Source: Promethearchaeota archaeon (GTDB taxonomy: Archaea; Asgardarchaeota; Lokiarchaeia; Sigyniarchaeales; SOKP01). Taken from it: a stretch of 52,398 bases of DNA. A program made the translations under genes and the position numbers. Under the pieces are notes generated by a model. It was given only the letters and a program-made list of their open reading frames with translations, searched no databases and was not told the DNA's origin. Shown here piece after piece: positions 1 through 8,806 of this stretch (position 1 is its first letter; each line of letters opens with the position of its first letter). The DNA lies in contig JAHLWP010000032.1 in the NCBI GenBank assembly GCA_019057865.1, positions 1-52,398 on the forward strand. Direction: 5' to 3'.

Positions 1-153
1 AAATTGCTGAAGCTCTTAGAGGAAGGCAACTTACTCAGGAGACCAAAGAAAAAATGGCTGAAGCTCATAGAGGAAGGAGACATACTCAGGAGACTAAAGA
101 AAAAATTTCCGAAGCTCATAGAAGAAGACGACATACTAAAGAAGCTAAAGAAT
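1..153 (+). repeat. 51-bp tandem repeat (at least 3 copies) encoding 17-aa NUMOD3-like units
   Basis: Units at 1-51, 52-102 and 103-153 share aaatNNNNgaagctcNtagaNgaagNNNacNtactNaNgaNNcNaaagaa. Confidence 0.9.
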
Positions 154-533
154 TAAAGGAAGAACAAAAAAAAGAGGAAGCAAATAATCCAGATAAAGAA
201 CCTAATGAGGATTTCCAAAATAAAAATGTAGGAAGTGAATATAAAGACTATAATGGCATTGAACAAGGAATAAATAATACTAATAAAGATTATGAAGGGA
301 TTGACCAATCTTCTGAAATTAATGATAAGGATTTTAGAGGAATTGATGATTCTTCTACTGATAAGAGTAAAGATTATGCTGGAATAGATGAACAATCAGA
401 TAACAAAGCTACTGGTGAATCTTCAACCAAAGAGAGTAAGGATTATAGTGGAATAGACGAGAAGACAGAAGAGAGAGGGAAAGATTATGAAAAAATTGCT
501 GAAAGTCATGGTAATGAAGGAGAAGGTTGGTGA
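3..533 (+). CDS. 5'-truncated protein with NUMOD3-like DNA-binding repeats and acidic KDYxGID-repeat C-terminal tail
   Basis: Frame is open from the window edge (IAEALRGRQLTQETKEK MAEAHRGRRHTQETKEK ISEAHRRRRHT...). HTQETKEKISEAHRG matches the NUMOD3 pattern H(S/T)xETKxK(I/M)S. The ATG at 54 lies inside a repeat and is not the real start. Confidence 0.75.
   Translation: MAEALRGRQLTQETKEKMAEAHRGRRHTQETKEKISEAHRRRRHTKEAKELKEEQKKEEANNPDKEPNEDFQNKNVGSEYKDYNGIEQGINNTNKDYEGIDQSSEINDKDFRGIDDSSTDKSKDYAGIDEQSDNKATGESSTKESKDYSGIDEKTEERGKDYEKIAESHGNEGEGW
243..503 (+). repeat. Degenerate 42-bp/14-aa repeat KD(Y/F)xGI(D/E), 6 copies
   Basis: K codons at 243, 285, 327, 369, 438, 480: KDYNGIE, KDYEGID, KDFRGID, KDYAGID, KDYSGID, KDYEKIA. 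Confidence 0.85.
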
Positions 534-639
534 TTGCTATTTTAAATTATTTATATAAAATCTTTGAATTTTTATAAAAAGATTTAGAATAAGTTATATC
601 ATCTTTTTAAAAGAATTACTTTCAAAGTGAACAATAAGA

Positions 640-2586
640 ATGGAATATAGAATCTCATTTTGGCAGACTCGAATAACTATCACCCAAGCTCCAGAGTCAT
701 TTAAGCCTAAAGTGTTACCTGAAAATTCTTTGCCAAGTTATCAACAAAGTGAAGAGTTTCGAACCTTTTTATACGATCCATTTGGAGGAAATCCTCCTGC
801 TACTTATGGTCTTGAATTATGCGCAAATGAGAATGTTGAAGTTATTTTCTTTACTAAGGCGGAGTCTGTTTCTGAAGGAATCGAATTAGGCTCCGCGTGG
901 CTTTCTAATTTAAAGCATAAATTCGTAGGATTAGATGGAAATGTTGCTGTCAAACCGATATATACTAAAGATCTAATAGAACAGCATGATAGGAACCTGT
1001 TAGAGATTATTCTTCCTGTTGGATTTCTTACCAGCAAAATAAATGTAATAGAAAGATTTATGAAAGCATTTTATTATTTGAAAGATCACTTTGTTCAGTT
1101 GTTCATTTTATGGCAAGAAGAACCACGCATAAGTGAATCTCAAGAAAGATTGAATAGTTACAATTTAAAATTTTTCTTAAATTATGAATTAAACAATTCA
1201 GATATTAAGGAGCATTCAAACCTTAAAGGGATTTTGAAATTTTTATCAATGGATATTGAAACAAATAAAGGGAAACGAGCCTCTTTAGAAAAATCCTCTG
1301 ATATTTCCTTACAGGATATTTTAGAAGGAAAAGTTTTCAATAACAACAAGGATTTTCTTAAACAAGTTGTTCAGGATGAGGTTAATTTTGATTTCCCAGA
1401 GAATTTACCGCTGCCAAGATTACCTATTCTGGAAAATGAGAATGTGAGATATATTGACATCAATAGTAAGTTTAAAAAAAGAGCGATAAGTGTAGGAAAG
1501 CACATAAAAGATGGAGTTATCACTAATCATACAACATATGTACCAATCAACAAACTTCCTCAAGATTTAGCCATCTTTGGTAAATCGGGAAGTGGTAAAA
1601 CTTATTTTTTGGCAAAATTCATTAGCGAACTCAGTAACAAGGCTAAAAAGGTAGGGTTTTTAATTCTAAACGTTGCGAAAGCTTCTCAAGAAATCTTTTA
1701 CAAAGATTTTTTAAAAATTAAGTACTCTGATGATGATTTCCATATACCTTACTTTATTGAAGGTGAGCCAGAGTCTTTAAATAAATGTTTACAGGAGACT
1801 GCCACATATACTTGCGCATCTTTAGGGCTAAAAAATGTGTTTGAGAAGATAATTTATCGTACCAAAATAGGCTTCATGAATTTGAAAGGAAAATTACCAC
1901 AGAATTTTATGGATTTGTTAAAAGGTGTAGAAAGGTACATTATAAATAATCCTTATGGCCCAGAAGAGCAAGCTAATTTACTACAGGTATTTAGAAATCG
2001 CATGAATGTTTTTGATGAAAGGAAGATTCAAAAGGTTGTAAAATTAATAGAAGATTTGCCAGATTGGGTAATAAGTTGGTTGAATGGAAGAAATATTTTC
2101 CTTGATTTGTCCATGTGTAATAAATTCATTAAAATGTTAATTGTAAATGCCATATTCCAACTTGTAAGAACGTTAACCAAAGATAGTGAAGCTGAAGAAC
2201 TAAAATATCTGATTGTTATTGATGAGGCTCACGCTATTTTAGAAAAGCCAATTACTACAAACAGCGATGATGCTGATTTTATCATGAAAGAACAAATGGC
2301 AAAAATATTCTCTGAATTGTTGAAGGAATATCGGAGCCGAGGGGTTGGATTTGTAATTGCGGATCAATCTCCCGCTCGCTTGTTTGATGATGTGGTATCT
2401 CAACCCAGCATAAAGGTTATTTTTAGTGAAGATTATCCGAATAATTTGCTTTTTTCAGAGGATCCTAATGAACGCCAAGTATTAACTCAACTACCTAATA
2501 GACTTGCTTTAGTGATAAATGGTGCCACTGGAGAAAAATATCTAATTAAAACATTAAAGTACAGTTTAAACAATTTTAATGATTAA
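640..2586 (+). CDS. HerA/FtsK-superfamily (DUF87/VirB4-like) ATPase with uncharacterised N-terminal region
   Basis: Walker A GKSGSGKT, Walker B IVIDEAH, arginine-finger/Q motif EYRSRGVGFVIADQSP. Confidence 0.85.
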   Translation: MEYRISFWQTRITITQAPESFKPKVLPENSLPSYQQSEEFRTFLYDPFGGNPPATYGLELCANENVEVIFFTKAESVSEGIELGSAWLSNLKHKFVGLDGNVAVKPIYTKDLIEQHDRNLLEIILPVGFLTSKINVIERFMKAFYYLKDHFVQLFILWQEEPRISESQERLNSYNLKFFLNYELNNSDIKEHSNLKGILKFLSMDIETNKGKRASLEKSSDISLQDILEGKVFNNNKDFLKQVVQDEVNFDFPENLPLPRLPILENENVRYIDINSKFKKRAISVGKHIKDGVITNHTTYVPINKLPQDLAIFGKSGSGKTYFLAKFISELSNKAKKVGFLILNVAKASQEIFYKDFLKIKYSDDDFHIPYFIEGEPESLNKCLQETATYTCASLGLKNVFEKIIYRTKIGFMNLKGKLPQNFMDLLKGVERYIINNPYGPEEQANLLQVFRNRMNVFDERKIQKVVKLIEDLPDWVISWLNGRNIFLDLSMCNKFIKMLIVNAIFQLVRTLTKDSEAEELKYLIVIDEAHAILEKPITTNSDDADFIMKEQMAKIFSELLKEYRSRGVGFVIADQSPARLFDDVVSQPSIKVIFSEDYPNNLLFSEDPNERQVLTQLPNRLALVINGATGEKYLIKTLKYSLNNFND

Positions 2587-2612
2587 AGTTTTCTTGAGAA
2601 TTAACAAAACTT

Positions 2613-5402
2613 TTAAGTAGAATTTATTATTTGACTTCTCTTAATATCCTTTTTAGCTTCTTTAATTAGCATGTTAGCTTTCCTAACCCATCTTTCATTT
2701 TTTCTTTCTTCAGCAATTAACTTCCCCTTATTAAGAAAATCCAAGGCTAGATCTGGTTTTTTCATCTTTAAATAACAATTACCCATCTTAATATATGATT
2801 CATGTATGAAATAATCTTTAGGATTGATTTTGATTGCCATTTCAAATTGTTTTATTCCCTCTTTATAATCACCAGATAATAATAGTATTTCCCCATATGA
2901 ATCATAATAATTACCGGATTTAGGATCTAGCTGAATTGCTTTTTGGATAGCCTTAATAGCCAAATCTTTTTTATAATCCCCTATTAAGGAATAAGCGATG
3001 CTATTAAGATATCTTGAATCAAATTTGACATTTTGTGAAATCAAATCATCAATATAATCAAATAATTTATCATATTCATTTGTCATTTTAAAATATTCCA
3101 TTTTTAAATCTTTATAAAAAGGATAGTCTTTCTCATTATCAAGAAAAGATTTCATTTCTGTAATATAATCTTCTATATTCAAGTTGGCTAAGAGATAAAA
3201 TTTTCTGCTTTTTAGCATTAAAAATTTAAGTGAATATGAAAAACTAGTTTGGGCTTCTTCATTAAGAGAAAAGTAATATGTTTCAATTTTCTCAAAAGAT
3301 TTGGGACGATATGAATCATAAAAACCACATTCTTCAATAAATGAATTCCAAGGAAATGATTGAGGTTTAGGCAACCTGTTCAATGCTTCATTTGTTATAA
3401 GTAAAGCTTTATCATATTTGCTATCATTAGTTAATATTTCAATTGTATAATTGAAAATTTCAATAGAACTTTTACTTTTTACAAAATTTATTAGTTCATC
3501 ATCCTTTTGTAAGAAATTTAATAATTCAATTTTAATCTGAGCTAATTCAATACTTTCTGGTTTTAATTCAAGAGTTTTATTAATTTGTATCAAAGCTTCT
3601 TCATATTTCATTATTTTTTTTAAAAATAGACTGAAATACCTATATACTAATACTTTTTCTGGAAATTTCTTTAAAAGTTTATTGTATTCAGTTATTATTT
3701 CATTTTCATTTTTGATTTCTTTAAAAATCTCTTGAATCTTAATAATATAAAGTAATTCATTATTGGGTTGACCCATAATTGCTTCATCAATAGTTTGAAG
3801 TGATTCATCATATCTTTTTAAATTCATTAAAATTAAGCTCTTCTCTACTAGATTAATGATATTTGGATTTATTTTTATCATTTCCTCAATAACAATTAAC
3901 GCATCACCAAAGTTTTGCGTTGATTTTAAAATTAAAAATTTAGAATATTTTAATTTAATTTCTTCTGGATTTAAATTTATTGCTTTATTGATAAAATTAA
4001 GAGCTTGTTCATTTTTCTTTAATAAATTGGATAACCAGGCTTTTAAATAGAAGTATCTAAAATCTTCTTCTGAAATAATCTTCAAATTCTTATATTTATC
4101 AAGCAAATCCAATGCTTTATCATATTGCTTAAATACGAAAATATATGCATCAACTAAAATATAAACTAATTCAGGTCTTTTAATACTTGGAATCAATTCT
4201 TTAATTATAGACTGGAGTTGGGTAAAATTTTTTGGATTTTTAATAGTTTCAACTAAATTTTGCACCTCTTTTGAATATTCATCATTTGTTTGGATAAGTT
4301 CTCTTAATAATTCCTTATTTAATATTGAAAACCATGGTTTCTCAATGAAAACATCTGGATATTCCTCATATATTGTTAATTGGTGTTTTTGATATGAACT
4401 TCTTCTTGTAAGTGCGCTTAAAGAAGATTGAAGTTCTTCAAATATGGAAAAATATTGTTTATAATCTGTTAACCCGAATCTAGCTCGACTTGTAATTGTT
4501 TCCTTGAATTTTCTAATATAATTTCTTACTAATATGTTTATATCATCTTTTAGCAATATATCAAATAATTGATAATCGCTAATAAGCAGATCAACAACTT
4601 CATTAATTAATTCTCTTATACTAATCTCTACATTTTTAAGATTTTTAAGATAATTAATATTTCTTAACTTTTTTTTTATTACAGTTTCGAAAATAACTCC
4701 ATAATGACTATTTGCTTTAAAGTATAAATCTTTTTTTTCTCTTTGAATTGTAATTTTATAAAAATTAAGGTTGAAAATATCTTCTTCTATAACTAATTGT
4801 AAAAACATTTTCAAGTCAGTTAAAGTTAAATTTTCTTCAGAAGATTTATTTATTTCTTTAATAAAGGCTTCTGCTGAAATATCATATAATAAGTAAAATT
4901 TAGGATGGTTCAAAGCCAAAAATAATATTGATTTGTTTATTTTTTCTTCAGAAAAAATATTAATTTTGTCAATTGTAATTTCATTAGCCAATTCTAAGAA
5001 TTCTACTTTAACTTCATCATCTATGATATTAAATCGATTGAAAAAGTTAGTAATGTCTTTTACGTATTTTTTTATCCTATTTTGTTCAATTTTATTAACA
5101 CTTTCAAAATCTAACTGATATTTTTTTAATCTTCTTAATAGCTCATTCTCCCCATTAGGAGTAATCTTATATATTTTATTCTTACCTGCTGGCTCAACTT
5201 CAATAAAATTCATTCTCCTTAGTTCTTTAGCCCATTTATGGAAAGTATTTTTATTCATCCTATCAGTAATATCATTTTCAGGATGATTTATGAATAGATC
5301 ACGCTCTAATGGGCCAATAGCCCCTAAAGCATAAAGAATAATATCATCATAATTTTTTATTTGAGAAGGTATTTCATCTGGGATTACATTTCTTAAGCTC
5401 AT
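2613..5402 (-). CDS. Winged-helix + tetratricopeptide-repeat protein
   Basis: N-terminal wHTH-like segment (NKNTFHKWAKELRRMNFIEVEPAGKNKIYKITPNGENEL). Multiple TPR units (ALNFINKAINLNP, AIKAIQKAIQLDPKSGNYYDSYGEILL). ATG 5402 preferred over 5468 because the extension overlaps the divergent promoter region. Confidence 0.8.
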   Translation of the reverse strand: MSLRNVIPDEIPSQIKNYDDIILYALGAIGPLERDLFINHPENDITDRMNKNTFHKWAKELRRMNFIEVEPAGKNKIYKITPNGENELLRRLKKYQLDFESVNKIEQNRIKKYVKDITNFFNRFNIIDDEVKVEFLELANEITIDKINIFSEEKINKSILFLALNHPKFYLLYDISAEAFIKEINKSSEENLTLTDLKMFLQLVIEEDIFNLNFYKITIQREKKDLYFKANSHYGVIFETVIKKKLRNINYLKNLKNVEISIRELINEVVDLLISDYQLFDILLKDDINILVRNYIRKFKETITSRARFGLTDYKQYFSIFEELQSSLSALTRRSSYQKHQLTIYEEYPDVFIEKPWFSILNKELLRELIQTNDEYSKEVQNLVETIKNPKNFTQLQSIIKELIPSIKRPELVYILVDAYIFVFKQYDKALDLLDKYKNLKIISEEDFRYFYLKAWLSNLLKKNEQALNFINKAINLNPEEIKLKYSKFLILKSTQNFGDALIVIEEMIKINPNIINLVEKSLILMNLKRYDESLQTIDEAIMGQPNNELLYIIKIQEIFKEIKNENEIITEYNKLLKKFPEKVLVYRYFSLFLKKIMKYEEALIQINKTLELKPESIELAQIKIELLNFLQKDDELINFVKSKSSIEIFNYTIEILTNDSKYDKALLITNEALNRLPKPQSFPWNSFIEECGFYDSYRPKSFEKIETYYFSLNEEAQTSFSYSLKFLMLKSRKFYLLANLNIEDYITEMKSFLDNEKDYPFYKDLKMEYFKMTNEYDKLFDYIDDLISQNVKFDSRYLNSIAYSLIGDYKKDLAIKAIQKAIQLDPKSGNYYDSYGEILLLSGDYKEGIKQFEMAIKINPKDYFIHESYIKMGNCYLKMKKPDLALDFLNKGKLIAEERKNERWVRKANMLIKEAKKDIKRSQIINST

Positions 5403-5440
5403 ATAAATAAAAAGGATGACATCTGATTTAAAATTTATTA

Positions 5441-5510
5441 TGCTAGTACTTGTCCTAGTATTTAACATTATATACTAGTATTTATTATGTGTACTAAGGC
5501 ATAGGACATA
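5441..5510. promoter_or_regulatory. Putative operator cluster in divergent promoter region
   Basis: CTAGTA at 5443, 5455, 5475; CTAGTATTTA direct repeat at 5455 and 5475; inverted pairs TGTCCTA(5451)/TAGGACA(5502) and TAGTAC(5444)/GTACTA(5491). Confidence 0.45.
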
Positions 5511-5568
5511 TATATTATAGTTTCTTATTTATAATTAACTGAAAAAATTAAAACTAAAATGTTAAAAA

Positions 5569-6138
5569 ATGTGTCTAGAAATCTGTTTTAAAAAATACCC
5601 AAATCTGAGAGAATATCCTGTTTATATTGATGGAAGTAATATAGCTTATTCTCGCTATAATAAACTTAAAAAGCCGCTCTTATCAGATATATTATTAGTA
5701 TGTACCTATTTAATAAATACTTTAGAATTCAAAAAAGAGAATGTTCATTGTATATGCGATCCAACACTTAAATATTATATAGATAAGCCTATAGAATATG
5801 AAGCTTTAATAATAGAAGGATTTATCATTGAAGCACCAAAAGTAGCAGATGAATTTATACTTAGTTTTGCGTTAAAACATGACTTTTGTTTTATTATTTC
5901 CAACGATAGATTTAGAAATTATATTGGACAATTGCCAAGTAAGCATTGGTTAGAGGACCGGCGGATTTCCTTTATGATAATTAACAATGAGATTTGTTTA
6001 AGTCCAAATATAAACTATGAAAAGTTACTTTCACAAAAATTTTTTCAATTAAAAGGGTTGCAATCATCCCCAGAGATAACTACAATAGATATATTAAATA
6101 GAATAGAAAAATCAGAAGGAGAGTTAAATTTATTTTAA
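5569..6138 (+). CDS. NYN/PIN-domain ribonuclease, Zc3h12a (Regnase-1)-like
   Basis: Motifs VYIDGSNIAY, ICD, ADEFILSFA, IISNDRFRNY with the acidic catalytic residues intact. Confidence 0.85.
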   Translation: MCLEICFKKYPNLREYPVYIDGSNIAYSRYNKLKKPLLSDILLVCTYLINTLEFKKENVHCICDPTLKYYIDKPIEYEALIIEGFIIEAPKVADEFILSFALKHDFCFIISNDRFRNYIGQLPSKHWLEDRRISFMIINNEICLSPNINYEKLLSQKFFQLKGLQSSPEITTIDILNRIEKSEGELNLF

Positions 6139-6147
6139 ATTACAAAA

Positions 6148-6156
6148 AGGAGGTGA
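6148..6156 (+). promoter_or_regulatory. Shine-Dalgarno AGGAGGTGA for the TTG start at 6167
   Basis: Full consensus 10 nt upstream of the TTG. Confidence 0.7.
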
Positions 6157-6166
6157 GAAAAAAAAG

Positions 6167-8482
6167 TTGGCTAAAGAAATACCCGAAAACCATTCGTCGG
6201 TAAGCGATATGTTAAATCGAGGATATGGGAAAAAAAAATATTCCCTAATTAGTACACAACGAGGGAGAATCTTGCATTATATCAGTAAACGTTTCAAAAT
6301 GGAAGTTTTAAAAACAGGAGCGAATATCCGAGTAAATCATACTATTCTAAGTCAACGAGCGCGTGAAGTATATAATAAAATCTTGGCTGAAGTGCGAAAT
6401 AATGATAAATTAAGGGTATACTATAAGGATGTAAATACACTGCTTAAGGTGTTATATCGTAAGATTGTTGACGCCGCTAAAAATTATGCAAAAGAGCATA
6501 ATTGGTCTGTGGTTCCTATAGAGCTGGAAAGCCAATTGTTCGGAGGAATTGTGTCCTTCGAGCAAGAAGAAATTGGTATAATAGAAGGTGCAACAATTAG
6601 CGCTCGCATTGATGAGATGGTTTTAACTGATGATGAGTGTTTAATTGTAAGAGATTTTAAATCTTATCCTTTAGATGGAGAAGATCCAAGTGATCCTGAT
6701 TCAACTTATCATCGAGACTTTATTCAAGTATTATTATATGGTATCATCCTTGAGGAGAACACAGGATTACGGTGTAAAAAAGTAGTATTGATTTATTTTC
6801 CAAACAAGGTACTTGAATACGACTTCTCTGGTGAGTTTAAGGCTAAAGCTTTATCTTTTGTAAGGGAACATGGCATAGAAGCACTTCAATTTCAAGTGAT
6901 CTCTAATGAAGAAAAAACACCGGAAGAAGATGTTTCAGTGGAAGAATCAGGTAAAACTCAATTAATTAAAAAACCAGAAGAATCTAAGCTTAAAAAAGAT
7001 ACAACTGCTTTTACAAGAGATCCAGATAGTTTTGGTTGGGTAAATACTGACAAGAGTAAACCCTTAGAGTTAATAAATAACAAGGAGAATAAACTTGAAG
7101 GTTATCTTTGGGCTGATAAGGCGGAGTTAGTTAAAGATGGCGATCTTGTTGCAGTTGAACGAAAAGATGGATTGCGTATTATTTGCATAGTAGAACATAT
7201 TAAGTGTTTTGAAGAAAATGCTGCTATCGTACTTAAGAGCCTTAATGAAAGTGTTTATATCATTAAGCTAAATCCGATTATTGAGCTCCATCCAGAAGGT
7301 CCCCGATGTCTTCGACCACAAACAATCTTACAGGGTAAAATTACACGTCTTAAAGAATGGGAATTCTATGAATTCAAAAAAATCCCTCAGAATGGCATTC
7401 CTTTTGGCTGGATTCATGATATTGACCAAGAATATAGATATCACTTTGACCTACTACTTTATTATCAAGGTATCTTTATTGGTGGTACACAAGGTACTGG
7501 AAAAACATCAGCTATTCGGTTTATGACACTTTCAACCGCGCCCCAATCAAATAGTCCTGCGATAATCATTTTTGATGCTGAAGATGAGTTTTCCAATCTA
7601 CCCAATATTCCCTCAACAGAAGAATCAATGAAATTAATGTCTAAATGGGGCATCGAACCCGTAGATACTAAATGCATTGAGATTATCCATTTAACTAATA
7701 AATTTGACTGGTGCTTAACTCTAAGGAAGATTGATCCAAAACATTTACTTTTATTCCTTCATGAACTTCCTAATGCTTCAACCACATTATTGAAACGCAT
7801 CATACAAGATATTATATATGACAATCCAGAAAGAGAGTTTACGTTTCAGGAACTTCATAGCGAGATCCTTCAATCCGTAACACAGATTAAAAATGCAAGT
7901 ATCAGAGATGCTATTACAAGATCCCTTCTATCAATTACACTTGATATGTTCGATAAAAAAGGTACAGAAACGATTAACATTGAGCAGATGCTAGTTCCAG
8001 GTAAAATTACAGTTATAAATTGTTTTCAATTAGATGATGATCAACAGCGTGTAGTGGCACTTTACTTGCTAGCGATGTTCCATAAGTATAAGATGAAACA
8101 CGACTCTAAAATAGACACTTCTGATATGGGTGTATTATTTGTATTAGATGAAGTGACGAGGATAATGCCTAAACTTCTTGCTAGCAGTGATTATCAAAAG
8201 CGCATATTGCATTTTCTTAGTGAAATACAACACCGTGGCCGTAAAAGACGATATGGAGTAATTTATGCTACACAACATCCGAAGGACATCCAGAAAGAGC
8301 TTGTTGATCTATGTAACACTAAAATCTTCTTCCTTATCGAAGGAAGTGGATGTGCATACCTTAAAGACTATCTTAACACTGATCAGCGGGAACAATTAAA
8401 ACGACTTCCAGTAGGACATGCCTATATCCTAAGTAAGGGAAAACATGAGCCGCAAATTATTAGGTTCCCATATCTAACTTAA
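6167..8482 (+). CDS. PD-(D/E)xK (RecB/Cas4-like) nuclease - HAS barrel - HerA-like ATPase fusion
   Basis: Nuclease motifs ELE...ARID...RDFKS...QVLLY; HAS-barrel-like LVKDGDLVAVE...IICIVEHI; Walker A GTQGTGKT, IIFDAEDEF, Walker B FVLDEV, RGRKRRYGVIYATQHP. Confidence 0.85.
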   Translation: MAKEIPENHSSVSDMLNRGYGKKKYSLISTQRGRILHYISKRFKMEVLKTGANIRVNHTILSQRAREVYNKILAEVRNNDKLRVYYKDVNTLLKVLYRKIVDAAKNYAKEHNWSVVPIELESQLFGGIVSFEQEEIGIIEGATISARIDEMVLTDDECLIVRDFKSYPLDGEDPSDPDSTYHRDFIQVLLYGIILEENTGLRCKKVVLIYFPNKVLEYDFSGEFKAKALSFVREHGIEALQFQVISNEEKTPEEDVSVEESGKTQLIKKPEESKLKKDTTAFTRDPDSFGWVNTDKSKPLELINNKENKLEGYLWADKAELVKDGDLVAVERKDGLRIICIVEHIKCFEENAAIVLKSLNESVYIIKLNPIIELHPEGPRCLRPQTILQGKITRLKEWEFYEFKKIPQNGIPFGWIHDIDQEYRYHFDLLLYYQGIFIGGTQGTGKTSAIRFMTLSTAPQSNSPAIIIFDAEDEFSNLPNIPSTEESMKLMSKWGIEPVDTKCIEIIHLTNKFDWCLTLRKIDPKHLLLFLHELPNASTTLLKRIIQDIIYDNPEREFTFQELHSEILQSVTQIKNASIRDAITRSLLSITLDMFDKKGTETINIEQMLVPGKITVINCFQLDDDQQRVVALYLLAMFHKYKMKHDSKIDTSDMGVLFVLDEVTRIMPKLLASSDYQKRILHFLSEIQHRGRKRRYGVIYATQHPKDIQKELVDLCNTKIFFLIEGSGCAYLKDYLNTDQREQLKRLPVGHAYILSKGKHEPQIIRFPYLT

Positions 8483-8483
8483 T

Positions 8484-8500
8484 TTTTTTTATTTTTTTAT
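8484..8500 (+). terminator. Oligo-T archaeal terminator candidate
   Basis: Two consecutive T7 tracts directly after the stop at 8482. Confidence 0.4.
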
Positions 8501-8523
8501 TATAATGAACGGGGTTGGTATAA

Positions 8524-8700
8524 ATGGAAGAAAAATACACCAATAACGTAATTAGAACAAAAATCTTAGAACTTGAAGATAAATTAATGGATTTAATCGA
8601 AATTTCTAGTAAAAATGAAAATATTCCTATCCCTGTTTTTGAATTTGAAATGAATGCAATCCTAAAAGAAATTGAATATTTGGAAACTTTGATTAATTAA
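8524..8700 (+). CDS. Small helical/coiled-coil protein, 58 aa (not in ORF track)
   Basis: MEEKYTNNVIRTKILELEDKLMDLIEISSKNENIPIPVFEFEMNAILKEIEYLETLIN*; G-rich GGGGT upstream; protein-like composition. Confidence 0.6.
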   Translation: MEEKYTNNVIRTKILELEDKLMDLIEISSKNENIPIPVFEFEMNAILKEIEYLETLIN

Positions 8701-8806
8701 AGTTCTTTTCCTTCAAAACAATAAATTTTATGGATATTAATTTCGTTTAATTATTGATAAAACTTATAATACATAGACTCTCTTTATTTATTAGTGCAAA
8801 TTCAAA

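Noticed and set aside
1-503. Repeats as a CRISPR array
   Set aside because: They are in-frame coding repeats without unique spacers.
6167-6900. Calling the nuclease domain Cas4 / a CRISPR locus
   Set aside because: No four-Cys Fe-S set, no cas1/cas2 and no repeat-spacer array in the window.
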